Below, one piece after another: positions 52,190 through 62,000 of a DNA stretch of 62,000 nucleotides. Origin of the DNA: Acanthaster planci. Lineage: Eukaryota. Position numbers and translations under genes: made by a program. The first letter of the stretch is position 1. Each line of letters starts with the position of its first letter. The notes under the pieces were generated by a model. That model ran no database searches and was not told where the DNA came from. It was given only the letters and a program-made list of their open reading frames with translations. The stretch is from positions 1,054,001-1,116,000 of the forward strand of contig NW_019091404.1 in the NCBI RefSeq assembly GCF_001949145.1, written 5' to 3'.

Positions 52190-55100
52190 CTACGGTGCGG
52201 TGAGGGCCTGGACGCGTTTAGTGTTGCAATCTCGGCACAGGATGTGATCGTCCAAGGGGAAACAACCGCGACCATCTGCCTCCGAGGACAACAGGACGTT
52301 GCAATCCTGAGGTTGGGGCGGAAGGAAAGAAAAGAGGGGAGGACAGATAACGATCGGTGAAAAGCTGACATTTTTAACATCGCCATGGCTCTGGAGGATG
52401 TACATGTTGTACTAGTTAGCCGGAGGTTGTGGGTTCACTCCAACCCCAGCAAGCTTGTGACCTTTTTCCCAACAAGCTCTCAGACATTAATGAGCATACA
52501 GTGACTTTCCTCTCAATGTTCACAAAGGAATACATCCGAAATAGAGCTTGGTGTAATTACTAAAGCGTTGACTTGCTGTAAAAAGTGATGCCTGCTGGGT
52601 GCATCCCCCTCCCCAAAAAACCTCGAAATTTGGTAGAGCTTTTGTACGGCTATCTGTGTACCTGCATCTTTATTTTAAAACAATGCACATCAAAACGGTC
52701 CATGCGCCAAAAGCCTGAATGCACGATCAGTTAATGGGCATTCAGTTTAGCTTGGTATAAACAATGCATACGTATAATACACTGCAGATGCCATAGAACT
52801 GAAAGACAGAAAACACGCCATGTTCTTTGTGAATGTTGTTCCTCAACCTTGCACCCAGAGTACATAATTGGGAATTCACTCCATCTTATTTCATTACGTT
52901 CTATAAATACACCCATGAATTTGAAATGTCTGAGCAACGAAGACGTCAAAGCTTCTTTGCATAGGAAATGTGGAGATAGCATTTTAGTAATGTAATTTAG
53001 CTCTATGGTTACTATTGATGTAATCTCTATTGAAGGAGTCAATAGAAGCTTTGCATGGTAGCCATCTTGAAGGGCAGTTCTTTTGTTCAACAGGGAGACT
53101 TCCTTTGTGCATACTCTGTGGAACAAAAGCACTGACCCACAAAATGGCAGCCATGCAAACTCTCTATACCTTCTTATGCAATTGTCTTGCCTCCCCCCTT
53201 TTTCCCCTCCGTGTCTTGCCCCACCTCTCCCACATCTTACCTCACACCTGTAGCAATTGACGTGGAAGCTGCGATCCAAGGCCACAATGCGGACGGTCTC
53301 CTCCTGACCCGGCTCGGGCATGATGGGCTGCAGGCAGACGCTGCATCGTGGTGCAAACTTCCTGTTTTGGGGGAAAAAGATTAAATTAATCTTAACAGTG
53401 CCTTCAATGAATCATTCACGGTGAAATATTTGAAGAGGCTGAGAGCAATCCAGAGAATGTTCAACCCCACTTTCTCAAAACGGATTGACTAAATCGGTCT
53501 TTGCATCGTAATAGCACTTACATGTATAACTCAAGATGTACTTAAAAAGCCAACTTAAGTCGCAGCCACTCTCTCCGATTCTTCTATTTTACACTAAAGC
53601 AGAAAGTCACCGACTTAAAACTTTCCCTTCATACAAGCAATTGTTCAACTTTAAATATTCTAAATCAGCTTAACCTCTCAAGCCAAAAGTTTACAGAATA
53701 TATAAAGACCATAGAAATTCCTGTTACTCTACAGGTCCCTAACATACACCAGAATCCTTCAAAATCCACCAGGATTGAAGGAAGCAGCAATTGTCACAAT
53801 GACATGCATGGGGTTTGACGCCCCTTGAAAGTAACAATATTGTTTCCTTTACTGATGGACTGGGGAAGGTGCTGGAATGTCCCTCCAAACACAGTTCAGT
53901 AGTTGGAGTTGAGGGTCTAAAAAGATCCAAAGCTGCCCAGCAATAACAACTGAATGATAGGAGTGGATCAGAGTGCTGAAGAACCTTTTCATAGACCACT
54001 ATCGTGGGCAGCCATCTTGTTTTTCTACCACTCCAACCAATGCAACCAGACTGAGGCTGGAAGGGAAAATCATCTTCCCTTTTATCAATATGTGAAGTCG
54101 TGTTACTATTGCCAATAGGTCTACAGGAAATGAAACAAACATGGCAGCATCACGGCAAAGGTCTATTCCAAGCTGTACTCACTTGTGGAAGTCCTCGATG
54201 CAGTGAATTTGGTTGGTTGCGTCCACGGTGAACGGTATGCCGTCCAGGCTCTTGCCACAGACCACGCAGGTGAAGCAGTGGGGATGGTAGGGCTTACCGG
54301 TGGCTCTCAAGATCTGGAGTACAGAGAGTGCCAGGAGAAATTTGGTTGAGTGGGACCTAGGTAAATGCCTCCACACAACGGAACACTGGGAATGCTTAAC
54401 TCTATCAAGCTTGTTCACTCCAATGCATTGCAGCTGTGGTGATCAATGGACGAAATAGCCAGTGGCTATCACCATAAAGCCCATGAACAACTGTTACATG
54501 TTACTAGAAATATAATTCCAAAACTTACACCTACCCTCTCAGTAATTGGTTTGGAACAGGTTGAACACTTCTCCAGTGAGTCCTGCATAAGGAAAAGCAG
54601 AGAAAAAAAATTAAACTGATTCTGTACACTCGCTGCTGTAGAACATGGAGCAAAACGTTAAAACTGCGACACAAATTAGGCTATTGGTTAATATACGATG
54701 TTGCCAAACTTCTGAGCCACCGGCTGGCGCTTCCACAGCTTTGTATGCGATTTCAAGCCATAGCCAACTAATTTGGAGCCAGCCGCATGCTCACCATGTA
54801 GCAGGTCTCGCAGAAAGCCTTGCCCTCCAGGGCGTAGAAGGGGAACCCCCGCAGCTTGGTGTGGCAGGTGTCGCAAGTGAAGCAGTCAATGTGGTAGACC
54901 TGGTCCATGGCCGTGCAGCCGTTGTTGTCCCCTACCACCTTCTGGCCGCACTTGGCGCAGATGCCTGGAAAAATTTGCATCAACAGGTCAAAGGTCAAAA
55001 GTCAGAAGAATGAGACTATGGCCAGAGGGCTAGTTTGAGCGATGATGTCAACTGCTGGTTGATTTTTCCCTGGTATCCTGGGCATAAAAATACACTGGGC

Positions 55101-58100
55101 ACCTGGCGAAATCCACTGATGGCTGACAAATGGTCGTTGCGCAAACTTCCACAGAGAGCAATTTTCACAGAGCCTTTAAGCGCAGAAAATATACAGTAAA
55201 CAGGTTACCGGCAAGAGAGCCATGCAAAGTATACATTACAGGAGACTGGTCCTCTTTTCTTGCTTGGCACAGAAATGTGCACAGCAATGCTTTCTGCTGA
55301 GAATCTCCACAAAATTGGGCTCTGTTCTAAAAGCTGAAAGGTTGATGTACTGCTGTAGCCACGTGCAGCACAAAAACATCACACAGGAAAAGTAAAATTT
55401 CACAGTTATACTTGTACACTTAGCCTCACACCTAGCCTTCAAGGTAAAATTACAGTTACATACAATTTTGTTGCACTGAAGAGAGACGGAATTCAAGATT
55501 TCAAGGAACCAGAATGTAACTCTAGGATGCAATTTCACATTCAAGGTGTGTCCACAAACTACGAGTACAAATTTCAAATGTCGAAAATTTCACTACTAAC
55601 GATTAGGACTAGATGACAGCTTACCGAAGAATTCGCCCTCGTCAGGCGCCACTTCCATATTCTGCATCAGCAGGTTGGTCAGTGCATCTATCTCTGCCTC
55701 CGTTCCCTTCTGAGCCGGCGCCGTGATGGGTTGGTCGGTGGGCTTGGGCACGGCCGACTGCCCGGCATAGCTCTTGGGCGGTTCGGGCGGGACGTTCTGC
55801 TGCTGCGGCGGCACGCGCTGGTACGCCGGCTTGTTGTAGCTAGGTTGGGGCTGGGGAGGGGGGCGTGGCTCATTGTATGTCTGCATCGTCACGGGGGCCG
55901 CAGGGGGTGGGGGCGGGGGCAAGGGTGTGTCCTGCTGGGTCCCGCCCCCTCCCATGAGCTCTGGGGGAGGCGGTGGGAGGAAGTCGTCGCCCGGGGAAGA
56001 GTAGGCGGGCTTGGAAGCAGGCGGGGGGGGGGGGAGGAAATCCTCCTGAGTAGGCAGAGCTATGAAGGAGAAAGGATTTCTTTAATATTAGCGACGACAA
56101 CAACGTTGATAACAGTACAACAATATCAATATACAAGTGCATGTTTCAAAACTGCCTGCATGCTTCAATTTACTACAACACTACGAGTAACTCAGATCAC
56201 ACGTCTGCAGTACGCCTGTGTATTTGCGTACAGAACTTTGAGATAGTGGCTAAATATGACTGCTATTCATGCAGGAGTGAATTCAACATTGCTTTCATGT
56301 CAATGATGGTCGTGGCAACTCCAGATGGACGCGAGACACAAATGGCACATTTGTTTATAACTTAACCCTCCTTTTGCTGTAAGTCACAGACAGTCAAAAA
56401 TGCCTTCCACTCACATTGTAGTTTGCCCCAGTGCACAGACACATTGGAGTCTTTTGACTGATAGAACAACTTTGTTGAGAACGCATCTTTGCATGGGAGG
56501 GTTTTAAGAGCAATCAATGCAGACAGTTGACAGAGTGCTGCTCTTGGTGACAGAGGGAATGGAATTGCTAGTATGGGACAGCTGCTGCATATAGAGGGAT
56601 CCCAATACGGCGCTTTTAGCGTCGATCTGCGCACTTCCACGTTTGAAAACGAGGCTGTATGTGTCAGCTTCAATTCTTAATACGATCAGACGATTGAAAG
56701 TAAGGAGTCAAGACACAAAATACATAAAGGTATGTTAAATTCAGACTTTTCAGGCAGAAAAGTTTTGTGGAAGAGTCTTTCAGGATGACTCGACACGTAA
56801 AATCCAAAGAAAAATAACCACAATTGACCGCGAACTAACATACCTGCGATAGTCGTGTATCTTGTGCAGTGGGCGTGGTTTAAACTGAAGTGGCGTCACG
56901 CTTACGAACCGGATACTGCATGTACTGTGTAGACTCTGTGGGCGCACGCGACGAAGTTCAACACAGAGAGCCTCGGTTTCGATGCAGACATGCGCAGACG
57001 GCGCTAATGTGAAATCCCTCTATATGTAACTGGCTCACTCAAGGTCTTCACCTCTTGTGCATGCTCAGAAATTTTGTTTTTTAAATAGGACTGTTGAACA
57101 TACATGTACGGTGCATGTACACAGTACTGGTACGTGCATGGTACAAATGTATGTGGATTTACAATGCAGGGTTCCAGTTGTGAGTCAACATTGTTCCTTG
57201 ATGGCAAATGCATTGGCCAACAATCCTCAGAAACCGACGACAAAAAAAAAGACATTTACCGAGCAGCAAAAATATGCAGCTGAAATGTGGGGTGTTTACA
57301 TTTAGAATTTGCCATCTGGAACCCTACGATGTTAAAAGGAAATGTTGACTGCTGCGGGGCAGGATAGTTTGGACAGCATCCTTATTTACCAGGCAAACGT
57401 CAGGCAAGTTAGGTGTGAAATGGGGTATCATGTCAAAACAACAATGTTAAAATAAGAGTTATTGACTGCTGTGGTATTGGATAGTGTACATGACATCCTT
57501 ATTTACCAGGCAAAAACTCAGGCATGTCAGGAGGGAAATATCATGTCAAAACAACAATGTTAATACCAGTAGTTGTTGACTGCTGTGGTATGAGACAGTG
57601 TAGATGACATCCTTATTTACCAGGCAAAACTCAGGCATGTCAGCAGTGAAACATGTCAAATAATGCAACAGTGATAACTATAAAATGTACAACCGTTATG
57701 TCTACAAGTGTTTCCTTACAATGACTGCAACGTAAAGGATAAAAAATTAACAGAACGAGTAACAGGCGATCATGGCATTTCAGCAGTAAACTTAAAGTAA
57801 TAAACACAGAGTGCAATGGCAGTGCGTTTCACTGAGATGATTTAAAAAGTGGCCCATTCCAAGAAATACTTTGTAAACTGATCAGCTGGGGCCAATTTCA
57901 TGGAGCTGCTTAAGCACAAAATTTGCTTAAGCGTGAAATACCTTGCTTGACAAATCACGTTACCAGCCGAGACTCCATGTGATGTATATTGTTTGGGAAT
58001 GGTATTCACCTGTCTTTTGGTTAGCATGACAATCACATACATTTTGAGCTGGTAACCTTTGTTTTTCAAGCAAGGTTTTTTGCGCTTAAGCAAATTCTCT

Positions 58101-59879
58101 GCTTAAGCAGCTCTATGAAATTGGCTCTAGTGAGAATGGAAGCTGGCCGCTGTGTTAAAAAAAAGCTGTAAGAAATGGAAATCCTAAAAGCTTCACTGAG
58201 GAAAAAAAAGGGTCATGCAACTACAGCAAGCTACATGTAAATGATCTGAGTGGAAGTACACAAAAAATCAATGTGGGTCATTCTACAAATTCGGGGACCA
58301 AAACACATTTTTGCGTCCCTGTTACTGTCACTGAAATTGATTTTAATTTACTGTTTCTATTTGTTTGGCTGGTAATTTGCATTAATTCAGCTCTCTTACA
58401 AATTAGACAATGTGTTCTGAACTTACCAAATCACAGGTCAGGTGTGACAGGGACCCGAAAAAAAATTGCACCCTTTATTTATAGAATGACCTATGTACAT
58501 GTACATGTAGCGGTCGTAAAAATTTCTAAAGGTGGAATATTCTTGTCTAGGTTTACGTGTACCGGGTATTTTGGTTAGTAGAACAAGCTGTATACATGTA
58601 TGAATATTTGGTGCATTATCTCAAACGCAATGGAATGAAATGAAACTTCAACATTTCTGACGTAAAGGGTAGGTACCCATCCAGTTACGGGAAGTTTTTT
58701 ATATAAGCCAAATTACGACTGAGTTGTGGGATATTTCCCCCTGTCCCACAATGTTTTTTGTCCCCACAAAATTAGTGTAATGACAACTGATTGTCCCCAC
58801 AACTATAAAAAAAGTACAGGTACATGTACATAAGTACCGTAGGACTGCGCGTGAAAATTTGATGTGATTTTAAGATGAAAGCACGTAAAAAAGGAGTCCC
58901 ACTCTCCCCCCCCGAAAAAAATTCATTATGTCAGCCAGCAAGATACATTAATAATCCCATTTGTCACAGGTGAGGGAGTGCACAGAGCAGACAATGATTG
59001 AGCTCTACAGTCCCAAACCCATCAAAATCCTACAAAAAATCAAGGTGTTGGATTTTGGAAGACTTGGGTAGGTTAGAGTGCAATGAAATGCTTTGGAAGC
59101 TTAAGAGAAGCAAGTAATCAGCTACCTGCCGTACTAAACTGCTGATGACGTGGAGATGTTTTGGGTGGCGGAGCCGGCGGGACTGTTGCCGAGGAAGGAA
59201 AAAAAAAATCGTCAGCAAAAGAAAAAAAGAGATGCAAAGAGGAGAGAAAAATAAACAAAGAAAACTTGGAATTTTAATAGGCTCATATTAGTCAGTTGTC
59301 ATTATATAAACGGCAATCAGCTGCAATAACAAGGAACTGACAGACAACAAAAGCATCAAAAATACTACAATTAAGATTCAATCAAATGGCAGTTAATAAT
59401 TCTAATCAGTTCAGGTTAGGAAGTCAAACACACCTGCATAATAGCAAAAACAATTCACACAGCAAGCTATATTTCATTTTTCTACAGAGTACCGAAGTGG
59501 CTACGTCACGCGCACAATTAGGGTGTAAAAGGCATTAGCGCGAGAACCAGCGCGTGAACCAACACGCGCGCGTACTCCATTCGTTTGCATTGCATTTTCT
59601 GGTTCACAGTGACGTCACACTTCGGTACTCTACGGTGCATTTTCTGCGGCGTTGGTAAAAAAAAAGCATGTTACAAACTACAACTACAGATCTCAAAAGT
59701 GGATTAAACAAGCACAGCTTGCATTGTAATTAATGAGCAAAGAAAATGTTTGGCACGGGGAAAAGGAAACTACACGTAGTTTTCTCCCTTGAATCGTCCG
59801 GTTGGTTTGAGAAGACATTACTCAAGCTTACCCTTAATCGTGGCCCGATTTGGTTTGGGCATCGTCGCCGGGGGCGGGG
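52190..59879 (-). CDS. LPP: Lipoma-preferred partner / zyxin / TRIP6 family LIM-domain protein (5' end probably extends beyond window)
   Basis: Exons 59879-59832, 59182-59126, 56059-55625, 54964-54795, 54582-54535, 54313-54183, 53361-53241, 52306-52190. Three C-terminal LIM domains (CAKC...[14 protein letters not shown]...[85 protein letters not shown]), two [11 protein letters not shown]1-binding motifs, NES-like [16 protein letters not shown]. Confidence 0.93.
52413..52527 (+). mobile_element. SINE fragment (family shared with 23367-23463)
   Basis: GGGTTCACTCC B-box-like motif followed by ACCCCAGCAAGCTTGTGAC...CAAGCTCTCAGACATTAATGAGCATACAGTG, matching the reverse complement of 23400-23462. 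Confidence 0.55.
53042..53167. mobile_element. MITE, same family as 6107-6229
   Basis: ATAGAAGCTTTGCATGGTAGCCATCTTG ... AAAATGGCAGCCATGCAAACTCTCTAT terminal inverted repeats. Confidence 0.7.
53991..54166. mobile_element. MITE-like element with ATAGACC...GGTCTAT ends
   Basis: Imperfect TIRs ATAGACC...GCAGCCATCTTG / AACATGGCAGC...AGGTCTAT. Confidence 0.55.
57329..57660 (+). repeat. Minisatellite, ~115-bp unit x3
   Basis: TTGACTGCTG...CATCCTTATTTACCAGGCAAA...TCAGGCA...CATGTCAAA repeated three times. Confidence 0.85.
57886..58130. mobile_element. MITE with ~45-bp terminal inverted repeats
   Basis: GCCAATTTCATGGAGCTGCTTAAGCACAAAATTTGCTTAAGCG vs CGCTTAAGCAAATTCTCTGCTTAAGCAGCTCTATGAAATTGGC. Confidence 0.8.
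59486..59631. mobile_element. MITE with AGAGTACCGAAGTG terminal inverted repeats
   Basis: AGAGTACCGAAGTG...ACGTCAC / GTGACGT...CACTTCGGTACTCT. Confidence 0.7.
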
Positions 59880-60599
59880 CTACAACGAGCAAAGCCATCC
59901 CAGAATGCACGGGCACACACACGCACACGGGGGACCAGGCAAAAGTGTAAAAGACACACGGCAGAACCATACAATGGTTTGCAATCAAGCAATCGCAAAA
60001 GGGCACCGGGCAAAATGTAGAAAAAGAGAGAAAAGAGGATCCAAAGTTTTATACAGTTGAGAAAATGTGGAACAGGAAACTTGCAGGGGTTAGTTCACCG
60101 GTACATGGCAGAATGAGCAGCCACCAAGCAATGAGAAAACACTTGATACCATCAAAAGCCCAGTCACGAGTCAATTCATACATGTACATGTACGTCCTAG
60201 ATCACAATGACTAGTGCGGGGTACATGTGAAAGGCTGATACACTGACCAAGGCGTGACTTACATGTACAATGTAGCCACTGTTCCTCTCATTAGGTTTTG
60301 ATTCCACATGAGACTGATGATTGACTTGTGATGGGCTCCATTACAACCCTAATTAAAAACTGCATGTACATGTACCAGCATGCTCGCATTACAACAGAAA
60401 AGGAAAATTGAACCTTCCCGTTATTAAAATCTGGAGCTGCACTGGATGGATCAGAAGTTATACACATTCCGAAGATTCTACATGTCTAATGAAGCAGCTT
60501 CTTCACCTTCAATCTCTTTTATAAGGAGTTTTTTTTTCACCTTCCAAAACTCACCGTAATTCCACAGGAGCATCCAAAATACACACATGAACCATGTAC

Positions 60600-61406
60600 C
60601 AGTGCGGTACATGTCAAGAACCCCAACAACCCCATCCCCAAGATTTGGACTTGGATGAAAAGAAAGTGAAACGGGTTTAGGTCTGCCAGTAGAAAGTGGC
60701 ACCTTTCCACTGATCAATACATCTCCATACATTTATTTAACATGTTTAATGTGCACGGGCATACACCAACAAAGGGATGATTTCAATATGGTCACATACA
60801 TGAAGTCGCTTTTCTCAGATGGTGCATATACATGTATTATGTAATAACTGACACTTGACTGACATCATGAAGTGTAGGTTAAGTGATCACAAAACCACGA
60901 AAGCAATGGATTGAAGATGGGGTATATATGTGCAGAGGGACAAATGTGAATAGATAATATGTAACAAACCGACAAATGAAAAAAAAGAACAAATTTACCC
61001 ACTGGGTATAATTGACAAATCAACCGACCAACACGTTACTGTATGTTGGTCAGAAACTAAGCGCGTGTCATGTTTTGCTTGATGAAATTATAAAATGTGG
61101 CTCACACATGTACACCTTATATGCATGTAAATACATACATTGCACATGTACGTACAATTATCTTCAAAACTGCACAAATTGTGTACATTGTAAATTCTAG
61201 ATGATCAGAACACATTAAAGAAATATAATTTCTGTTTATTAAAAGCTCGTCAGCTTTCCAGCAGTGTCATCTGGTGATTGCTTCTTCCAACGCATGCCTC
61301 CCAAATGCCAACCGCAGTTCACGTTACCGGGGCAAGAATTCCTCCGCACGGCGGGCAGGCCCCTCGTTCAGACTTGTAAGGCTGTCCCTAGCAGCGTGAT
61401 ACCAGA
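60600..61406 (-). CDS. Candidate upstream LPP exons (~61406-61328 and ~60649-60600)
   Basis: Phase-compatible chain ...DSLTSLNEGPARRAEEFLP(R)|[26 protein letters not shown] with CG|GTAAC and G|GTACAT donors; no recognisable homology, boundaries uncertain. Confidence 0.3.
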
Positions 61407-61734
61407 CTGTATTTGGATGTGTCCCGCTGGGCAGGCCAGCGGGGACAGATGAGGGTGAGATTTGAGAAGTCTGAGCATATGGTTTGACATGAACGTTTAT
61501 AAAAAAAAAGACTTTAGACCTAATTTTCTACGACCTTCTTTTTTTGTTAACCTGTATGGGAATTTTTTATCTGGATCAACAGGAGTCAATGACCTACAGG
61601 TGCTGGTAAAAATAGAGCAAAAAACACCACAGTTAAGGGTTATTGTAAATACCGGTACACGTATCCAGGTACATATATCAGGTTTGCCCGAGTCAGCTTA
61701 AACATTTCAAATGCTCCTTAATCAAGCTAGTGAT

Positions 61735-61850
61735 GTACATGTACACATGTATGTTCACTGCATGGGTAGCTTCCAGACTTAATTCAGTTGTGTGCGACCT
61801 TCAGCCTATGGTACATGTACACAAGTATGTTCACTGCACGGGTAGCTTTC
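61735..61850 (+). repeat. ~40-bp direct duplication
   Basis: GTACATGTACACA(T/A)GTATGTTCACTGCA(T/C)GGGTAGCTT at ~61735 and ~61812. Confidence 0.7.
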
Positions 61851-62000
61851 TCTACATGTACATTACATTCTAAGCAGGTCACTCTTCACGCTCAATATTA
61901 CTGTACTGTGAAATTCAGAACGCAAATTCCTACAGAGTGTCTGTGAAGTAGGAAGGAGGCACTAAGATTTAGGTACCGGTACTTTAATTTGCAGAGACAG

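Noticed and set aside
52157..52192. Possible stop-codon readthrough of LPP (TAG ATA CAG ... AAG TAA)
   Set aside because: The context is not a known readthrough motif, and the extension (IQKHVAMEIK) adds no recognisable signal.
55731..56246. 171-aa plus-strand ORF
   Set aside because: Antisense shadow of the GC-rich proline-coding LPP exon.
57329..57660. Repeat array with conserved CATCCTTATTTACCAGGCAAA blocks, superficially CRISPR-like
   Set aside because: The intervening sequences are homologous to each other (a minisatellite), the context is a eukaryotic intron, and there are no cas genes.

Overview
Eukaryotic (metazoan, probably invertebrate) genomic DNA with spliceosomal introns, many TACATGTA motifs, small MITEs and tRNA-derived SINEs. 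I reconstructed four intron-containing genes by hand from splice sites and reading-frame phase. (1) OPA1 mitochondrial dynamin-like GTPase, minus strand, 30 coding exons at 36960->21741. Its final coding exon was not found in the remaining 21.7 kb, implying a giant last intron. (2) PEX10, plus strand, 7 exons at 37274-40927, head-to-head with OPA1. (3) An SLC45-family sugar/H+ transporter, minus strand, 47129->43649, with a duplicated terminal exon at 42224-42476. (4) An LPP/zyxin/TRIP6-family LIM protein, minus strand, 3' end at 52190 and 5' end probably beyond the window. The best novel-looking signal is in SLC45: two paralogous last exons need different phases, and two 5' splice donors 5 nt apart supply exactly those phases; both tails keep an acidic dileucine sorting motif. 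Positions 1-21.7 kb are apparently non-coding, with a small cluster of CSL/Su(H) sites. The gene set matches the human 3q28-29 / 1p36 paralogon, suggesting a hairy/HES regulatory block. No CRISPR array, rRNA or bona fide tRNA was seen. All exon calls are manual and lack transcript support.
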